From a virus (lineage: Duplodnaviria; Caudoviricetes), in IMG/VR virus record IMGVR_UViG_3300033412_000476, positions 23,268 through 87,267 of that record: 64,000 nt of DNA, one strand, 5' to 3'. A program made the position numbers and the translations under genes. Under the pieces are notes generated by a model. The model was not told the DNA's origin. It made no database searches and saw only the letters and a program-made list of their open reading frames with translations. Positions 19,435 to 28,601 of this stretch are shown piece by piece. Each line of letters begins with the position of its first letter. Position 1 is the stretch's first letter.

Positions 19435-20081
19435 ACGACTTCGACGACGTCCTAGAGCGCGACAAGCAGAAGCCGCCCGACTACCCGCTGTGCTGGCCCA
19501 ACGGCTGGCCGCGCGTGCCTGCGAGCGAACGCAAGCGCGCACGCTACGAAGTCACACGCGCGGCCGCGCTCGAGGACTTGTTCGAGTCATTGCGACTGAT
19601 GCAGTGCATCGACGTCGTCGTCTCGCTCAACGTGAAGTTCAAAGCCGGCGTGTCACTCAGCAACGCGCCCGAGCCCGCTGACCCGGGCGTCGCGGTCTAC
19701 TGGACGCGCAAGGGCAAGTCGGGCTGCATGGCTTGCGACAAGTACCTGACGCTGCGCGACAACATCCGCGCGATCGGCTCGGCGCTCGAGGGCATTCGCC
19801 AGGTCGAACGCAGCGGCGCGAGCGAAGTCCTCGAGAAGGTCTTCACGGGCCTCAAAGCGCTGCCCGCGCACATCACGCCGGCACGCGGCTGGCGCGAAGT
19901 ACTGGGCTTCTCGCAGCTACACCCCGGTGAGCTGCCGACTCGCAAGCAGGTCGATGACGCCTACAGAACCCTCAGCCGCAGCCGACACCCCGACCACGGC
20001 GGCAGCCAAGAGCAGTTCGTCGAGCTTACGACCGCGCGCGAAGACGCGCTACGTGAGATCGACTGGAAGGCGCGGCTATGA
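19431..20081 (+). CDS. phage-type protein with C-terminal DnaJ J-domain
   Basis: WREVLG...AYRTLSRSRHPDHGG (HPD motif); N-terminal YPLCWPNGWPR as in prophage J proteins. Confidence 0.8.
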   Translation: MNDFDDVLERDKQKPPDYPLCWPNGWPRVPASERKRARYEVTRAAALEDLFESLRLMQCIDVVVSLNVKFKAGVSLSNAPEPADPGVAVYWTRKGKSGCMACDKYLTLRDNIRAIGSALEGIRQVERSGASEVLEKVFTGLKALPAHITPARGWREVLGFSQLHPGELPTRKQVDDAYRTLSRSRHPDHGGSQEQFVELTTAREDALREIDWKARL

Positions 20082-20599
20082 GCAGCAAGGATGATCGCAA
20101 ACTAGCCGCGGCGAAAGAAAAGCTGCGGCGGACGGTTACGCCGACGACGCTCGAAGAGCGTGCCCTCGTCCTATACGCTGAGACGCGCGAATCGTGGTGG
20201 GTCGACTCGCTGCAGCTGCTGCAGGCGCGCTGCCTCGCGATGTCGATGATCGCGCAAGCGCAGATCTTGCGAAAGCTCGGCGCGGATGATGACCTCTGAA
20301 TGAGGAGAACGCACGTGGATCCAACCGAGACCTTCCTGAAACTGGTCAACACCCTCGCTGAGCTCGAAGCCGAGCACGAAGAAGATCCGAAGAACCCAAA
20401 CACCGCGCGGCTGCGGAAAGAGGCTGTAGAGCTACTCGACTCGCTGTCGGAGTGGCTCGGGCGTCTCGGCGGCTTCCCGCCCAAGCTCTCCGAGCTCGAC
20501 CTCGGCGAAGGCGAAGACGAAAATGAAGATGGCGACGACGTCATCGATGCCGACTTCGGGGAAGAAGACGACGATCTTGGCGTCGACGACGGCGACTGA
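20078..20599 (+). CDS. two small genes (20078..20299; 20300..20599 with very acidic C-terminus)
   Basis: Coupled ORFs; D/E-rich tail. Confidence 0.55.
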
Positions 20600-21462
20600 T
20601 GAAGCCTCTCATCAAGTGGATCGGCGGGAAGGGAAAGCTGCTGCCGCAGCTACTGCCGCTGCTGCCGCCGCTCGAGAGTATCCACACGTACGTCGAGCCG
20701 TTTCTCGGCAGCGGCGCGCTGTTCTTCGCGCTCGAGTTCGATGACGACGACGCCGTCGTGCTCGGTGACAGTAACCCTGCGCTGATCAACGTCTACCGCA
20801 GCGTGCGTGACTCGATTTCAACCGTGACGATTCGGCTCGAAGCGCTGGCGGAAGGGCACTACGCCGCAGAGAAGCGCGGCGACGAAGTAGTACGCAGCTA
20901 CTACAACAAGATCCGCGACGCCTTCAACTCAGACGATTCCGGCGACATTCCTGCTGCGGCGCGGTTCCTCTATCTCAACCGCACGTGCTTCAACGGCGTC
21001 TGGCGTGTCAACCGCGACGGCGAGTTCAACGTCCCACTCGGCGACTACAAGCACCCTGCGATCTATGACGAAGCGCTGCTGCTCGCAGCGAACAAACGCT
21101 TACGCCAGCGCTGCGTGCAGCTGGTGCTCGGCGACTTCAGTGACGTCATCTTCTACGCGCGCGAGCTGCGCGACGCGTTCGTCTACCTCGATCCGCCGTA
21201 CGTGCCGGTCTCGGAGACCGCGGACTTCACGAGCTACACCGTGGAGAAGTTCGGGCAGGCGGATCTCGAGCGGCTACGCGCGCTGTGTGATGAGCTCGAC
21301 AGTGCAGGCGCACGGTTTATGCTGAGCAACAGCACTGCACCGACTGTCCGCGAGCTTTTTGGCAAGTACGACATTCAAGAGATCAGCCGGCGCGGCAGCA
21401 TCAACAGCGACAAGAACAAGCGCGGCGACGTCACCGAGCTCGTAGTCAGGAACTACCGATGA
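20599..21462 (+). CDS. dam: Dam-family (D12 class) DNA adenine methyltransferase
   Basis: KWIGGK, YVEPFLGSGA, FLYLNRTCFNG, VYLDPPY, FMLSNS. Confidence 0.92.
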   Translation: MKPLIKWIGGKGKLLPQLLPLLPPLESIHTYVEPFLGSGALFFALEFDDDDAVVLGDSNPALINVYRSVRDSISTVTIRLEALAEGHYAAEKRGDEVVRSYYNKIRDAFNSDDSGDIPAAARFLYLNRTCFNGVWRVNRDGEFNVPLGDYKHPAIYDEALLLAANKRLRQRCVQLVLGDFSDVIFYARELRDAFVYLDPPYVPVSETADFTSYTVEKFGQADLERLRALCDELDSAGARFMLSNSTAPTVRELFGKYDIQEISRRGSINSDKNKRGDVTELVVRNYR

Positions 21463-22100
21463 CCCGCATGACCGTCGGACCCAAGCGCTCGCGCAGCAAG
21501 GAACGCAAAAAGCCCGCGGTCTCGTTCGCACGCGAGGACTGGCTCAAGCTCCGTACGGCGCTGCGCGACGATCCCGAGCTCGAGGGCGCGGTGCTGCGCG
21601 TGATGATGGCAACGAGCGTTCGAATCCAGGACATTCTACTCGTGCGCCTCGACGCCATCCGCGCGGCTTTGCGACACGACGACGGACTCATCGAAGTGAT
21701 CCAGAAGGGCGGCAGCCGGCGAATGCTGCCCGTCGCAGGCGCGCACCACGAATGGTCCGCGCTACTGGCGCACTGCAAACAAGCCAACGCCGCAGCGACG
21801 ATCGTAGCCGAGGCCGTGTGCCCTGCCTCGAGCTGGGGCGCCAAGGGCGGTGGCGGCGCCTACCAGCGCGTGCGCCGACACCTGCAGGCAGTAAGCGACC
21901 GCATCGGCATCGACGGGCGCGTGCACCTGCACCGCATCCGCCGAACGGTGGCCACGACCGCGTTGCGGCACACCAAGGACATCAAGCTCGTCGCGGAGAT
22001 GCTCGGGCACAAACACGTTTCGACGACCGAGATCTACGTCGACGAGGCCCGCAGCGACGACGTGGCCGCGCTGCAGCGCCAGCTGATGGAGGACCCTTGA
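21459..22100 (+). CDS. minimal tyrosine recombinase (catalytic domain only)
   Basis: R in TSVRIQDIL, K in QKGG, H-x-x-R in HRIR, LGH and terminal Y in STTEIY; 213 aa. Confidence 0.85.
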   Translation: MTRMTVGPKRSRSKERKKPAVSFAREDWLKLRTALRDDPELEGAVLRVMMATSVRIQDILLVRLDAIRAALRHDDGLIEVIQKGGSRRMLPVAGAHHEWSALLAHCKQANAAATIVAEAVCPASSWGAKGGGGAYQRVRRHLQAVSDRIGIDGRVHLHRIRRTVATTALRHTKDIKLVAEMLGHKHVSTTEIYVDEARSDDVAALQRQLMEDP

Positions 22101-22366
22101 AGACGAACGCGATCATGCTCTCGGTTGCCGTGCTGCTTGGCGGCACTGCTGCAGCGTTCGCGCTCGTGTCCTCGATCATCGTCGGCTTCGTGTACACCAA
22201 AAGCTTCTACACGAAGCTCTTCCACGTGCTCGGGCTGAATCCAGCGCTCGACGACGGCGCCGATCTCATGTGCTTCTTCGCGACGACGATCACGATGGCG
22301 CTCGTGTACTTCTGCTTGTGCATGGTCGGCCGTGCATGGTTTGTCGCGCTGCAGAAGCGCGGCTAG
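22097..22366 (+). CDS. small membrane protein
   Basis: Two hydrophobic segments; TTG overlaps recombinase stop. Confidence 0.5.
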   Translation: MKTNAIMLSVAVLLGGTAAAFALVSSIIVGFVYTKSFYTKLFHVLGLNPALDDGADLMCFFATTITMALVYFCLCMVGRAWFVALQKRG

Positions 22367-22370
22367 CGAA

Positions 22371-22399
22371 TAGACACTAGCTTGCGCGCGTCATAGACT
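22371..22399 (+). promoter_or_regulatory. sigma70-like promoter TAGACA-N17-TAGACT
   Basis: Located in the convergent intergenic gap with no downstream plus-strand gene. Confidence 0.5.
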
Positions 22400-22404
22400 G
22401 CAGA

Positions 22405-22534
22405 CGCCGGCACGCGAAGCTTTTCGCCTTTCTCACGTTGGGCTCTCCGGGCGACGCGTGCGTATCCACGGTGGGCTCCCCGAGAGCTCCGCTCCCGTAC
22501 CGAGGCCAAAGCGGGAGCCCCGCGAGGGCTTTTC
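22405..22534 (+). ncRNA. candidate ~130-nt structured small RNA
   Basis: Bracketed by the promoter above and a hairpin followed by TTT; internal stem gggctctccggg/ccccgagagctc. Confidence 0.3.
22516..22534 (+). terminator. GC hairpin agccc-cgcga-gggct followed by short T run
   Basis: At the junction of convergent blocks. Confidence 0.45.
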
Positions 22535-23252
22535 AGTCCCAGCCGGGCGGTAGCTGATCGACGGTCTCGTTCAGTCGCGCGGCCGCGTCGATGATGACCG
22601 CGATCGTCACGAAGTCGAGGCCCATCGCGCGCAGGTGCGCGACAGCGGCCTCCGGCGTGTCGACGCGCAGAATACCGGCTGCGGTCCACACGAGCACGGA
22701 GATGGCTTGGGGCTGTCCGCCCATCGGCGGAGTGTGCAGGCCGCGCAGACCGCGCAGGTGCGTTGCCCAGCGCGTGATCTCCGGTGAAACGAGCACGAGC
22801 TTCTGCTCTGCGAAGCTGCCGCGTGCGTTCGCAACGGCGGCTTGCAAGAGGATCTCGCTCATGTAGATCGGCGAGAGCGCGTTGCACTGCGCGGCGCTCG
22901 ACCGGAACGCTGCGGCCTCGCCCTCGATGCTGAAGTCGCAGACCTTCTGCAGGTGGTCCCAGTCGTGGACGGCGCGCGCCTTCCAGTTGGTCTGCGGATC
23001 CCAGAGCGGTGTGTCGCTGCCGCCCTTGTAGACGTACATCGTGCCGGTCGACGCGATCTGATCGCGCATGTGCTCGAAGCTCTTGTACGGGTCGTGGTCG
23101 ACGAACTGCACGCGGATCGGCAGCCGCTCGAAAGCCGCGTCGATGCGCGCCCGTTCAGCGCGAACCATCGCCTGCACTCGCGGGTCATGCGTGCTGTCGG
23201 GCGCGTTCTCGTACGCAAGCGCGAGCCGTTCGATGTCAGCCGGACTAAGCAT
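22533..23252 (-). CDS. hypothetical protein with RAVHDWDH motif and hydrophobic C-terminus
   Basis: H-rich motif recalled from phage hypotheticals; end of the virion operon. Confidence 0.6.
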   Translation of the reverse strand: MLSPADIERLALAYENAPDSTHDPRVQAMVRAERARIDAAFERLPIRVQFVDHDPYKSFEHMRDQIASTGTMYVYKGGSDTPLWDPQTNWKARAVHDWDHLQKVCDFSIEGEAAAFRSSAAQCNALSPIYMSEILLQAAVANARGSFAEQKLVLVSPEITRWATHLRGLRGLHTPPMGGQPQAISVLVWTAAGILRVDTPEAAVAHLRAMGLDFVTIAVIIDAAARLNETVDQLPPGWD

Positions 23253-23726
23253 CGCTCGCCTTCTCATCACCAAAGTACGTGATCACGTAGCGCCCGTCGG
23301 ATGTGAGCTTCGGAACGCCGCGCTTGCCGCGCGCCTGAGCTGCAGCGGAGAGCCGCGCGTCGATACAGCGCGTGCAGAATGGGTTCTCTTGGTAGCCGGC
23401 GTCGGTCGCCAAAAACACCCGCAGGCAGTACTTGCAGGTGCGCTCACTCATCGCGCGATCGCCCTGACACCAAGCAAACCCGCCATCCCATAATCGCTGG
23501 CCTTGACCGCACTTGCCCCACCCGACCCCGACCCACTCGCAACGCTCGGCGCCGCGTCAGCGGCCCCGAGCACTCTCGCAGCGGCGAAGGTCGTCGACAG
23601 CAGGCCGCTGGTCAGCGCCAGCGCGAGCGCTTCTTCGCGACGGCCCTTGGCAAAGAGGCCCATTGCCGTCAGCCCGGTCAGCCCCGAGCCGACGACAGCG
23701 AGCGCGAGCCAGTGCTGCCGAGTCAT
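23245..23726 (-). CDS. small Zn-finger protein (23245..23451) and small membrane protein (23448..23726)
   Basis: CKYC/CTRC pairs; two TM-like segments. Confidence 0.55.
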
Positions 23727-23739
23727 AGTCACCAGCGTA

Positions 23740-24264
23740 TCAGAGCCCCTGGGCCTTGCGGTAGGCCGCCACCATGGCCTCGAAGCGCTCGACCATGTAC
23801 TCCACGGTCTGCCCGTACTCGAGCGCAAAGCGCGTCAGCTTGCCGAGGTCGAGCAAGTCTTCGTCGGTGAGCTCTGCGGGCTCACTGGCAGCCTTGGCGG
23901 GCCGGCCGCGCTTGGGCGCAGCAGCTCGAGCTGCAGCGGCACCCGCGACCGCGTCCGCGCGCTCCGCGACAGCCCCCGCAACCGGCGCCGTAGCAACGCC
24001 GTTGCCGCGGTAGGCGGCCACTGCAGCGTCGTCGGCAGCTTCCTGTTCGACGGCCGCGGCGGCTGTCAGGGGCGCGCTGGCGCCGTCCTGCGGCTCGTCC
24101 TCGGCGTCTTCCGCGCCGGTGTCGACTTCGGCCGCGGCTTCGGGTCGCGCGGGCTCTGCAGGGCGCTGCGCCGCGTTGCCGTTGGTCGTGCGCCGGCCGC
24201 GGCGCTGGGTCGCCGACTGGGCGGCCGAAGCTGTTTTGAGCGTATCAGCAGACATACGAGCCAT
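23740..24264 (-). CDS. Ala-rich low-complexity protein with AT-hook-like KRGRP motif
   Basis: APKRGRPAKA; start MARMSA at 24264. Confidence 0.55.
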   Translation of the reverse strand: MARMSADTLKTASAAQSATQRRGRRTTNGNAAQRPAEPARPEAAAEVDTGAEDAEDEPQDGASAPLTAAAAVEQEAADDAAVAAYRGNGVATAPVAGAVAERADAVAGAAAARAAAPKRGRPAKAASEPAELTDEDLLDLGKLTRFALEYGQTVEYMVERFEAMVAAYRKAQGL

Positions 24265-24340
24265 GGGTTGGGTTCTCCTCCGACTTGGAAGAACGCAAGC
24301 TCGCACGGCCGTATTCAGGGGTCAACAATGCGCTTACCGC

Positions 24341-25750
24341 TCAGCTCCCGCTTTCGAAGCTGAGCATGTCGCCGGTCGGAGCTGCACCGATTCCCGTTGC
24401 GGCCCAACCTGCCTGATCGGGTGCCGTAGTGAAGACGGTAGTTGTGACGCGTGAGTCGAGCTGAATCCAGGTGTTGCCGTCGCGCGAGACTTCCGCGACG
24501 ACGTTCGCGCCGGACCGCCGTACGCGCAACGCGATCGGCGCGGTGCCATCGAGCGAAGCATAGCCCTTGGCGGTGAACACACTTCGTGCGGTCGAGCTGG
24601 TCCACACGGCGATCGCGAGAGACGTGAGGTTGTTGGCGCCGTCCTGCACCAGCTGCGCGAGATACACCTTGCCGGTGCCGCTCTCGCGCAGCAGCACCGA
24701 CAGCACGCCCACACCCGCAGTCAGAGGCGTGGTGAATCGGAACGTCGCACGCGCGAACGCAGATGCAGCTGAGTTCGCGACAGTCATCCCGCGCAGCTGC
24801 CCGGGCGAAGCGCCATCGTTCGGGCCGGTGATGCGCGTCGCACCATTTTGATCGGCCGAGGTGGCGCCGCCTTGGTTGAACCACGTGAAGGTCGCGATCA
24901 GACCAGGCTCTTTACCGAGTAGCCCATTGATCACAGGTCGCCACGCTGCGCCGTCATCGACCCACTCACCGACGGGCGCGTCAGTCAGGTAGGCGATCTT
25001 GCCGGCGTGCCCCGCGGCAGGCCGCGCGCCGTACGTGCCGTAATAGGGCACAGTGCCATTGAGCGCGTCGAGCGCCGCTTTCACGGTGGCGCCCGTCACA
25101 CCCGAATCGTTGGTCACTTGGCTCGCGGCGTAGTCACCGGCGGCAGCAACCACAGCGCCGGTACGCGTGAACACGCTGGTGACCGCAGCGCCAGGCGTGA
25201 TCCCGTCGAGCTTGGCTTTGTCCGCGCCGCTCAGAAAGCCTGCAGCGCCCGAGGCTACGGCTACGGCATGTTGAGTGCCGCCTCCGCGCACGCCGTGCTG
25301 CACATCGGTCGCGAGCACACCGACTTGTACATCGTTAGCGTTGACGGTGATCGACCCGTCCGCGTTCGCGCCCACGTCGAACGTGCGATCAATGCTCAGA
25401 TCTCCGCCACCCGTCAGACCCGCGCCGGCTGTGAGCGTGCGCCCGAGCGGCGGATAGAACGCCGCGTAGTCACCGGCCGCCGCGACCACCGCGCCGACGC
25501 GACCGAAGACCGAGACCACCGGTGCGGCAGGAATCGAAGCGATCTCGGTTTGAAGAGTGTTGAGCGCGTCTTTGACGGTTGCGCCGACTACGGCTGAGTC
25601 GTTGGTGACGAGGCTTGCGGAGTAGTCACCGAGGACTGCAACGACGTTGCCGACGCGGCCAAAGACGCTGAGTACTGGCACCGCAGGAATGTCCGGCGCA
25701 GTCCAGATGGGGACTACCGAGCCGATCGCTGTGGGGTTTGCGCCCGACAC
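24341..25750 (-). CDS. putative spike/receptor-binding protein A
   Basis: Three (V/L)SVFxRxGxVVAxxGDY repeats typical of viral fibre shafts; beta-rich C-terminal head. Confidence 0.65.
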   Translation of the reverse strand: MSGANPTAIGSVVPIWTAPDIPAVPVLSVFGRVGNVVAVLGDYSASLVTNDSAVVGATVKDALNTLQTEIASIPAAPVVSVFGRVGAVVAAAGDYAAFYPPLGRTLTAGAGLTGGGDLSIDRTFDVGANADGSITVNANDVQVGVLATDVQHGVRGGGTQHAVAVASGAAGFLSGADKAKLDGITPGAAVTSVFTRTGAVVAAAGDYAASQVTNDSGVTGATVKAALDALNGTVPYYGTYGARPAAGHAGKIAYLTDAPVGEWVDDGAAWRPVINGLLGKEPGLIATFTWFNQGGATSADQNGATRITGPNDGASPGQLRGMTVANSAASAFARATFRFTTPLTAGVGVLSVLLRESGTGKVYLAQLVQDGANNLTSLAIAVWTSSTARSVFTAKGYASLDGTAPIALRVRRSGANVVAEVSRDGNTWIQLDSRVTTTVFTTAPDQAGWAATGIGAAPTGDMLSFESGS

Positions 25751-26773
25751 TTACGCGCGACCGACGCCAAAGCGCGCACGGCAGCGAGCCTGCATGTACG
25801 CGTCGTTTGCAGCGAAGTTGCCTACCGTCGTGTCGACGATCGCGATCATCAACATGTCGGTGCCGCTTGAGCCAGAAAAGCCGAAAGCCTGCAGCGTGCA
25901 CGTGACCACTGTGTCATTGCCTGTGAAGTTGGGCGCGACGTCGACGCCGTCGATCTGGTACTTCGCGCCGGTCGACAGGGGCAGCATGCTGTGCACGTGA
26001 TAGCCAAAATCGTTGGCGGGGGTCACGATGTTGATCCCCTGTGTGCCCCCGGTGAAGTCGACTTGTGTGACGTAGTTGTCTGCGTTGTTCGCGCGACCGG
26101 CGACGAACACGTGTCCCGTGAGTCCCACGCCAGCCACGCACCCGATGCGAGCGTTTGCCACCGCAGCGAACGAGCGCGCACGCGCGACGACGTACCACGC
26201 GTAGCGATTGGCTGCGGGCACTGCGACAGCAGCGTTCATCACAGCCGCTGTCGTGGCCGGCGTGGCGAAGGGGTTGTCACCTGGACCGCCGAACGCGGTG
26301 TAAGTCGTGTTGCCCGCAGCCACCCCGAGATTTGCCCCTGCGACTCGGTCCCTGATCGCGGTGAAGTTGCCACCGGCCACGGTCACGTTCGGATTTCCCG
26401 TCAACGCAAGCTCGACCTCCCACCAGTACTTCAGCGCTGACCCCAGAAACGAGGTCATCGGGATCATGGGGTCGACTTTGTGAACGTGGTCGGCGCGCGC
26501 TGCGCTGGCTGACACGCCATCGGCCGCGATGTTGCCGACCGTAAGGAGAGCAGGCGAACCGAACGTCACCTGCCCGGCAAGCAGAGTGTTCAGCGCGTCT
26601 GCGACGGTTGCGCCAGCAACAGTGGAGTCGTTGGTGACGAGGCTTGCGGAGTAGTCACCGAGTACTGCGACAACCGCGCCCACGCGTCCGAAGACTGAGG
26701 TCACCGGCGCAGGCGGTATCGTCGGCGCAGTCCAGATGGGGACTACCGAGCCGATCGCTGTGGGGTTTGCGCC
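25596..26773. repeat. two exact direct-repeat pairs shared by the spike genes: 51 bp (25694-25744 and 26723-26773), 38 bp (25596-25633 and 26625-26662)
   Basis: Base-by-base comparison. Confidence 0.85.
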
Positions 26774-26779
26774 GGCCAT
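25751..26779 (-). CDS. putative spike/receptor-binding protein B, possible lectin/LamG-like head
   Basis: N-terminus paralogous to 24341..25750; beta-rich C-terminal region. Confidence 0.6.
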   Translation of the reverse strand: MAGANPTAIGSVVPIWTAPTIPPAPVTSVFGRVGAVVAVLGDYSASLVTNDSTVAGATVADALNTLLAGQVTFGSPALLTVGNIAADGVSASAARADHVHKVDPMIPMTSFLGSALKYWWEVELALTGNPNVTVAGGNFTAIRDRVAGANLGVAAGNTTYTAFGGPGDNPFATPATTAAVMNAAVAVPAANRYAWYVVARARSFAAVANARIGCVAGVGLTGHVFVAGRANNADNYVTQVDFTGGTQGINIVTPANDFGYHVHSMLPLSTGAKYQIDGVDVAPNFTGNDTVVTCTLQAFGFSGSSGTDMLMIAIVDTTVGNFAANDAYMQARCRARFGVGRA

Positions 26780-26782
26780 GAG

Positions 26783-27385
26783 TTACATCGATAGGGCGTA
26801 GTAGACCGACAGCGTGTTGCCTGCGTGTGCCGTCAGATCGAGCACGTTGAGTCGGAACGCTAGGGCGCCTGCGACGTCATAGGTCTGCGCGAAGCGCGCA
26901 GTACCAGCGGCGAGCACATCGGTGCGGAGCTCGGTCCCCTCGAGCGGCCGCGAACCAAAGCCGCCGGCAGCGAAGCGCGAGCCCACCGGCGCCAACGGCG
27001 TGACCGTGCCGCCGATGAGCGTCATGGCGTGCCAGACGCCGTCGCTACGCCGCACCTCGGGAATGACCGACAGCCGCCCGCCGACCGCCATCACATACTC
27101 GAGATAGATCTCGCAGAGCCGGTACTCCTGACACTGCAGCTCGGGCAGCGCTTGGTACTCCGCGCCCTGCGCGCTCGAGATGATGACCTCGAGCTCGGAG
27201 ACGAGCGGCACAGTCTGCGTCGTGAACGCCGGCTCTTTGACCCAGGGGGCGTCATCGTCACCGGGGGCGCCTTCGTTGCCGCCCGACTGCTGATTGGTGT
27301 AGCCGGCCGGATCAGCAGGCTTGCGATCGCGAAACATCACGTCGAGGTCGTGGCGCGTGCTGTCGGTGTTCTTGCGGTTGTCCAT
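26783..27385 (-). CDS. putative vertex/spike-base beta-sandwich protein
   Basis: Alternating hydrophobic strands ending LSVYYALS; located in virion operon. Confidence 0.4.
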   Translation of the reverse strand: MDNRKNTDSTRHDLDVMFRDRKPADPAGYTNQQSGGNEGAPGDDDAPWVKEPAFTTQTVPLVSELEVIISSAQGAEYQALPELQCQEYRLCEIYLEYVMAVGGRLSVIPEVRRSDGVWHAMTLIGGTVTPLAPVGSRFAAGGFGSRPLEGTELRTDVLAAGTARFAQTYDVAGALAFRLNVLDLTAHAGNTLSVYYALSM

Positions 27386-28255
27386 CTAGCGAAATCTCGT
27401 TTCCGGCACGCTCTGCTCGCGAGCCATGTTCGCCGCGCGGACCATCTTCGTGATGCCGCGAAACGCAAGTGCAACGCGCGGCGCCCGGGCTTCGAGGATC
27501 TTCCCGCCGGCAAGCAGCGCGAGCTTGCCGAAGACCGCTACGCCGCTCTGCGCGACCTGCGCGCAAGTGGGGTGCGCGACGCCAAGCTGTTTTCGACCGG
27601 CGGTGAGCATGGTGCCCGCACCGATCGGGACGTCCCCGCGGCAGAGCACGCACTGCACGATCAGAACTTCCCGGTCTTGACAGCCTGACGCGCCGCGTTC
27701 GACGCCGCGAAGGCTGCGCAGGGCGTACAGCCCTGCTTTTTGACGCGGCGCTGCCCCGGCTGCGGCTGCTGCGAGAGGTGAGCGCCCATGCCCACGAACG
27801 CCGCCTTACCGAGCGTCTTGAGGATTGCCAACTTTACGCTCATGACCGGACTCCTTTCAGCGGGTGCGGCGCTTGATGCGATCGCGCACGGCCCACAGCA
27901 TACCGCCAAGGCCGCCGACGACGAGCACCGCGCCTAGGCCCTTTTGGGTGTACCACGTCGCCATACCCGTGCTGACACTCGTCAGGCCGGCAGCGAACGC
28001 GGCACCCTTGATGGCGCCCTCACGGTGATCGCTGGCCACCCAGCCCAGCAGCGCGCCACCCAGGCCCGCGCCTGCGAGCGTCGCAGCCGCGTAGAGCGGA
28101 GAATCGACCGCCGTAGCCGCGCCAAGCCGGCTGCCGCCACGCACGCCGTGGAAGGGGATGCCGGTCGCGTCGGCGGGCATCAGCAGCGTCTGCATGGTGC
28201 CAAGGCCGCCAAGACCCGCACCGGGTGCACCATCGAAGTTTCCGGCGGGCAGCAT
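27386..28255 (-). CDS. small virion/membrane proteins (27386..27658, 27661..27843, 27857..28255)
   Basis: Hydrophobic segments with basic C-terminal tails. Confidence 0.55.
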
Positions 28256-28257
28256 CT

Positions 28258-28593
28258 TCAGCTCTCCTCGTCGAAGTACTCGATCACTACGCCGAGCTCG
28301 ACCATGCCGCCGGTGCCGGGCACCGTCAGCGCGTTGATCGTCTGGTGCGCCTGCAGATAGATCGGCATGACGATGTCAGTCGGCAGGTTCACGAACAAGA
28401 ACGCGCGACCGGGCCCGGCTTCGTCGGGCGTGGGCCGATCGATCGAGAACGCGCAGCGCGGTCCGGGCGGCACGAGCAGCCGCACGCGGCGGATCGCACC
28501 GGGCGGCGCCTGTAGCTCAGCCGAGACGATCTCCCGCGCCTGCAGGTCGACTGTGGCGCGGTAGCTCTCGGTCGGTTTTCGCAGATGCCGCAT
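28258..28593 (-). CDS. small beta-rich protein, penton-like candidate
   Basis: ~111 aa of strand-like segments ending ELGVVIEY. Confidence 0.35.
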   Translation of the reverse strand: MRHLRKPTESYRATVDLQAREIVSAELQAPPGAIRRVRLLVPPGPRCAFSIDRPTPDEAGPGRAFLFVNLPTDIVMPIYLQAHQTINALTVPGTGGMVELGVVIEYFDEES

Positions 28594-28601
28594 GAAGCTC
28601 C

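Noticed and set aside
22400-22534. tRNA or attP near the recombinase
   Set aside because: No cloverleaf, T-loop GTTC motif or CCA end; an att site cannot be defined without the host sequence
24341-26779. Fibre repeats as evidence of a tailed phage
   Set aside because: Similar repeats can occur in spikes; no tail tube, sheath, tape measure, baseplate, portal or terminase recognised
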